From the NCBI GenBank assembly GCA_965153285.1, contig OZ229110.1: 64,000 bases of DNA; one strand, written 5' to 3'. The notes beneath the pieces are model-generated. The model was not told the DNA's origin, did not search any database, and was given only the letters and a program-made list of their open reading frames with translations. Below are positions 61,101 through 64,000 of the stretch, piece by piece. This stretch comes from Podarcis tiliguerta. Lineage: Eukaryota. Numbering within the stretch: position 1 is the first letter of the stretch; every line of letters starts with the position of its first letter. The position numbers were made by a program, and so were the translations under genes.

Positions 61101-63094
61101 ATGAGAAATAATATCACTCGCTTGCTACTTTGTTCCATAGCAATTGTTCTCTGGTTCACAAGCAAGGGACTGGCTCTCACATGGAGATACTTCAAAAGCT
61201 CTCTCCACCCTTTAGAGGCATCTGTACCAGCCTGTGGGGACAGTGGAGAAAACTTAAAGGGTTTCTTGGCAGAAAGGGACAGATCCAGAGATAGATGGAA
61301 TGAGCACAAAGCAAGGCCTCTCACCAAGGCCACGGAGGTTGGGGCCACCATAAGGGTTGCGGCTAGAAATGAAGGTGTCCAGAAGTGCATCCAGGTCATG
61401 CAAGGGGTCGAGGTCCATGGGGCATGCATCTGTTCCATCCGTTTTCAGCTCTGCCCTTGGAACATCATCAGCTACTTCCTATCCAGAATGGGAGAGAAAG
61501 AGCTGTGAACTCCAACTTTAGGCAAACTCAAATGAGGGACTGGAATACTGAATGGCTGCAGACAACTCCCAAGCTTTTTTAATTCCACCCTTTGCCATGG
61601 GGAAAGGGGAATCTGGAGGGTGCAGTATAGGAACAAGGCATTAAAATAGCACCTGAGAAGAACCATAGACGGGTTTATCCATCTTCTTTGAAGCCTATAA
61701 CAAAATGCACAGAATGTTTAGGATTAGGCCACTGAAAGTACTACAATTACAATACTTAGCTAGAGGAAATCCATAGGTAGCTAAATAAAATCCTATCTGG
61801 CTTATTGCTGCCCTGGACACATTTGGGAGGAAGGGCTAGGTATAATGTACTATTATTATTACTACTACGGCTACAACAACAATGAACACATCAGGCCTCA
61901 GCCAAGCCATTGCAGACCACAGTAATCACACAGGGATAGCTGGGTGACCAGTGTGTGTCTTTGTGGAAATGAGAGAGAGGGCAAGAGAATGAGAGCCTTT
62001 GGCAGCTGCGGAAATGAGTCTATAGGCCAAGGCACCCATCAGAGTAAGATAGAAACATAGCCTTGCCAGTCTAGTACCAGATCACCTCATAACCACCAGA
62101 TGCAGTCTATGGTAGCCTGGCAAGAAGCATCTAGAAAATCCACCTTCTTACAATGGAGTTCCAAGGTGCTTCTGGATTGGCTACCTGATTTCCTTGGTTG
62201 ACACTAAAAAGGACTGTATGAGCTTGGGTGGAACATGTCATCTAGGGGTGAAGGGGAGCTATACGAAGTACAACACATCTTGCTGGAGAAGACACTTACC
62301 TGGGTATAGGAAAACAACCTCCATTTGTGATATTCCCTGATGACAACCCCAACTTGGCGTTTCCAGTACTTTCCTTCCATGATGACAGCCTGCCAAACAA
62401 AGGTGCAGCCAGGGGTCACATACTGAAATGCATAGTCTGTCTTCTTTGTACGTTCTTAAGTAAGAAAGGCCCAAATAACCTTTGCTCACCTCAGGCTTGC
62501 GGTGCACATCTACATCACTGCACTCTAGTGGGGTCACAAAACTGCACACTGGGTTCTGCCGCTTCTCCACATCTGCATCCAGAATGAAATAGCAGGAAAG
62601 GGGCTGTAATCTGCACTATAGCTTTAAGCAGGACCAAACAGAGAAAATACTTGCTGGCTGGCAGTCGCTCCCATTTCAGCATCCACTAAATAGGGCAGTA
62701 GAGCTGATTTAATTGCTTAAATCCATAAGCAATTAATATGTGACTTTTGCTAGCATAAAGCTTTGCAAACTTGCAATACATAATTCTGTGTGAAGCAATC
62801 TCCTTGGCTGAGGAAGTCATGGAAAACAAACATGTGCAGGGATGGAGGAAGAACCCATTTTTTGTGGATTTATACACAGAATTTGGTGGTTCCCACCTAA
62901 TCTGCCCATATCGGATCACCATTTATATGGTTGGGATGTGTTTTTTGTTGTTGTTGTTTTTTAAATATCTTTTTCCAGGCTACTTACACTGCAGATACCA
63001 GGCCCTCCAGATGGCATTATTGAGTCGAATCTTGTCACGCTGTAGCAGTTTCAGCCCTTTGAAGGTTTTCCATTTGGGAGAGACAAGTTTCTCA
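55148..63094 (-). CDS. Mondo-family bHLH-ZIP protein (MLXIP/MLXIPL-like, probable third paralog), 5' partial, ~630 aa visible; exons 63094-62988, 62572-62490, 62389-62300, 61694-61653, 61478-61325, 61087-60995, 59785-59748, 59505-59061, 57378-57335, 57182-57083, 56924-56848, 56708-56592, 56433-56306, 56198-56075, 55911-55782, 55269-55148
   Basis: KLVSPKWKTFKGLKL..RDKIRLNNAIWRAWY, PVCSFVTPL, EGKYWKR..REYHKWR, GNADMIQP, HLH-ZIP, and RTLQDWRFWLFSMVIKPLFESY...WLEQHCTLPILRP (WMC/DCD); all 16 exons join in one frame (the small middle exons are less certain). Confidence 0.9.
55912..56074 (-). other. U12-type (minor spliceosome) GT-AG intron
   Basis: 5' splice site GTATCCAT; branch site TCCTTAAC shortly before the CAG acceptor. 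Confidence 0.8.
58478..58712. mobile_element. Tc1/mariner (Tigger-like) MITE
   Basis: CAGTGGTACCT...AGGCACCACTG flanked by TA. Confidence 0.85.
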
Positions 63095-64000
63095 CTACAA
63101 ATGAGAAAGCCAAAAAACCACCTCTTGTAATACCAAGTATATCTGGCTTTCAAGGGGAAACAGGGCCAGGCAACAACCCAAAGAAGAAGGCGGCAGCTCA
63201 AAACACACTGAACAGGAGCATCTCTTTAATAAGCTTGACTATTCTATAGCCACAGTTTATTACTAATCTGTGCCAATAAAACTAAATTCTGCACTCAAAA
63301 CTATAAACTGTAAACTACTCAGATGTCTACAAATGTTCACCTTTTGTACAGATTGACCCAATATGCCTGCTTTATTCTAAACCTCTCACTGGATGTTGAT
63401 TCCTCCTCAACTTTTTAGAGCAAACTGTGAGAGAAGGAGAAAAATGAACAGGTTAGAAGTAGCATATGCTGATAAGTGTAGAACATAATTATAGACCATA
63501 TATTGGGATAAGAAGCTGTGTTGATTACAGAAGCTCTGCCCACAGAACTACATGGCTCTCTATGTATACTGCCTTCCTGTTTTTCTGATGAAGCTCCTCA
63601 ACAAAGGACAAAATCTTGCTTTTAAAAAGTATGCTATAGATACCAGCCTTGGGGTGGAATTCCATGTGGCAATTATGACAGAAGAAAAAATAGCCCTGGC
63701 TTTAGGTGGCAGATCTGGAAATACCCCCCACTCCCAGCCTTACTGTAAGGGGTTTTCCCCATTCATTATTGTTGCAGAGCCCCATCTACGAAGAGTCAGT
63801 GAGTGCTGGACAACTATTTCCAGGACAGAACCTAGGGTAATTCAATTATTCTGAAGAAATGCAGCATAATTTAAAACACATCCAGTTAAATGATTTGTGT
63901 TTTGCTATTAATAACCAATTTGTTAGTGAGTGTATCTCTCTACAACAGAAAAATATAGTATTGACTTGAGTAATCCAAATGATTAAAAACATCTTGGAAG

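Noticed and set aside
55148-63094. Assigning the symbol MLXIPL or MLXIP
   Set aside because: Sequence and gene neighbourhood fit neither; needs a phylogeny

Overview
Vertebrate genomic DNA, most likely a squamate. Sauria SINE, BovB and small TA-flanked mariner-type MITEs point to a lacertid-like lizard (inference). The main contents are: (1) A minus-strand tandem cluster of glycine N-acyltransferase-like (GLYATL3-type, HGYT motif) genes: five complete 5-coding-exon genes plus exon 1 of a sixth at the left edge. Four of them come from a recent ~14 kb head-to-tail duplication (about 18938-32650 and 32659-47292), and the copies show an excess of amino-acid changes around the acyl-acceptor site. 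(2) A young, full-length ~5.9 kb LINE (RTE-X-like) with a target-site duplication. (3) POLD4 on the plus strand behind a CpG island, plus an orphan older copy of its last exon and 3' UTR at ~15 kb. (4) Sixteen exons of a minus-strand Mondo-family (MLXIP/MLXIPL-like) bHLH-ZIP gene that matches neither known paralog closely. Its DNA-contacting basic region is degenerate (His to Leu, Glu to Asp) while the 14-3-3 helix, HLH-ZIP and WMC/DCD regions are kept, so it is a candidate third Mondo ohnolog acting as a non-DNA-binding MLX partner. Many transposon insertions can be resolved to the base by comparing the duplicated units, including two different BovB-system elements at the same target site in the two copies. 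All exon boundaries and comparisons were read by eye, and comparisons to human proteins are from memory.
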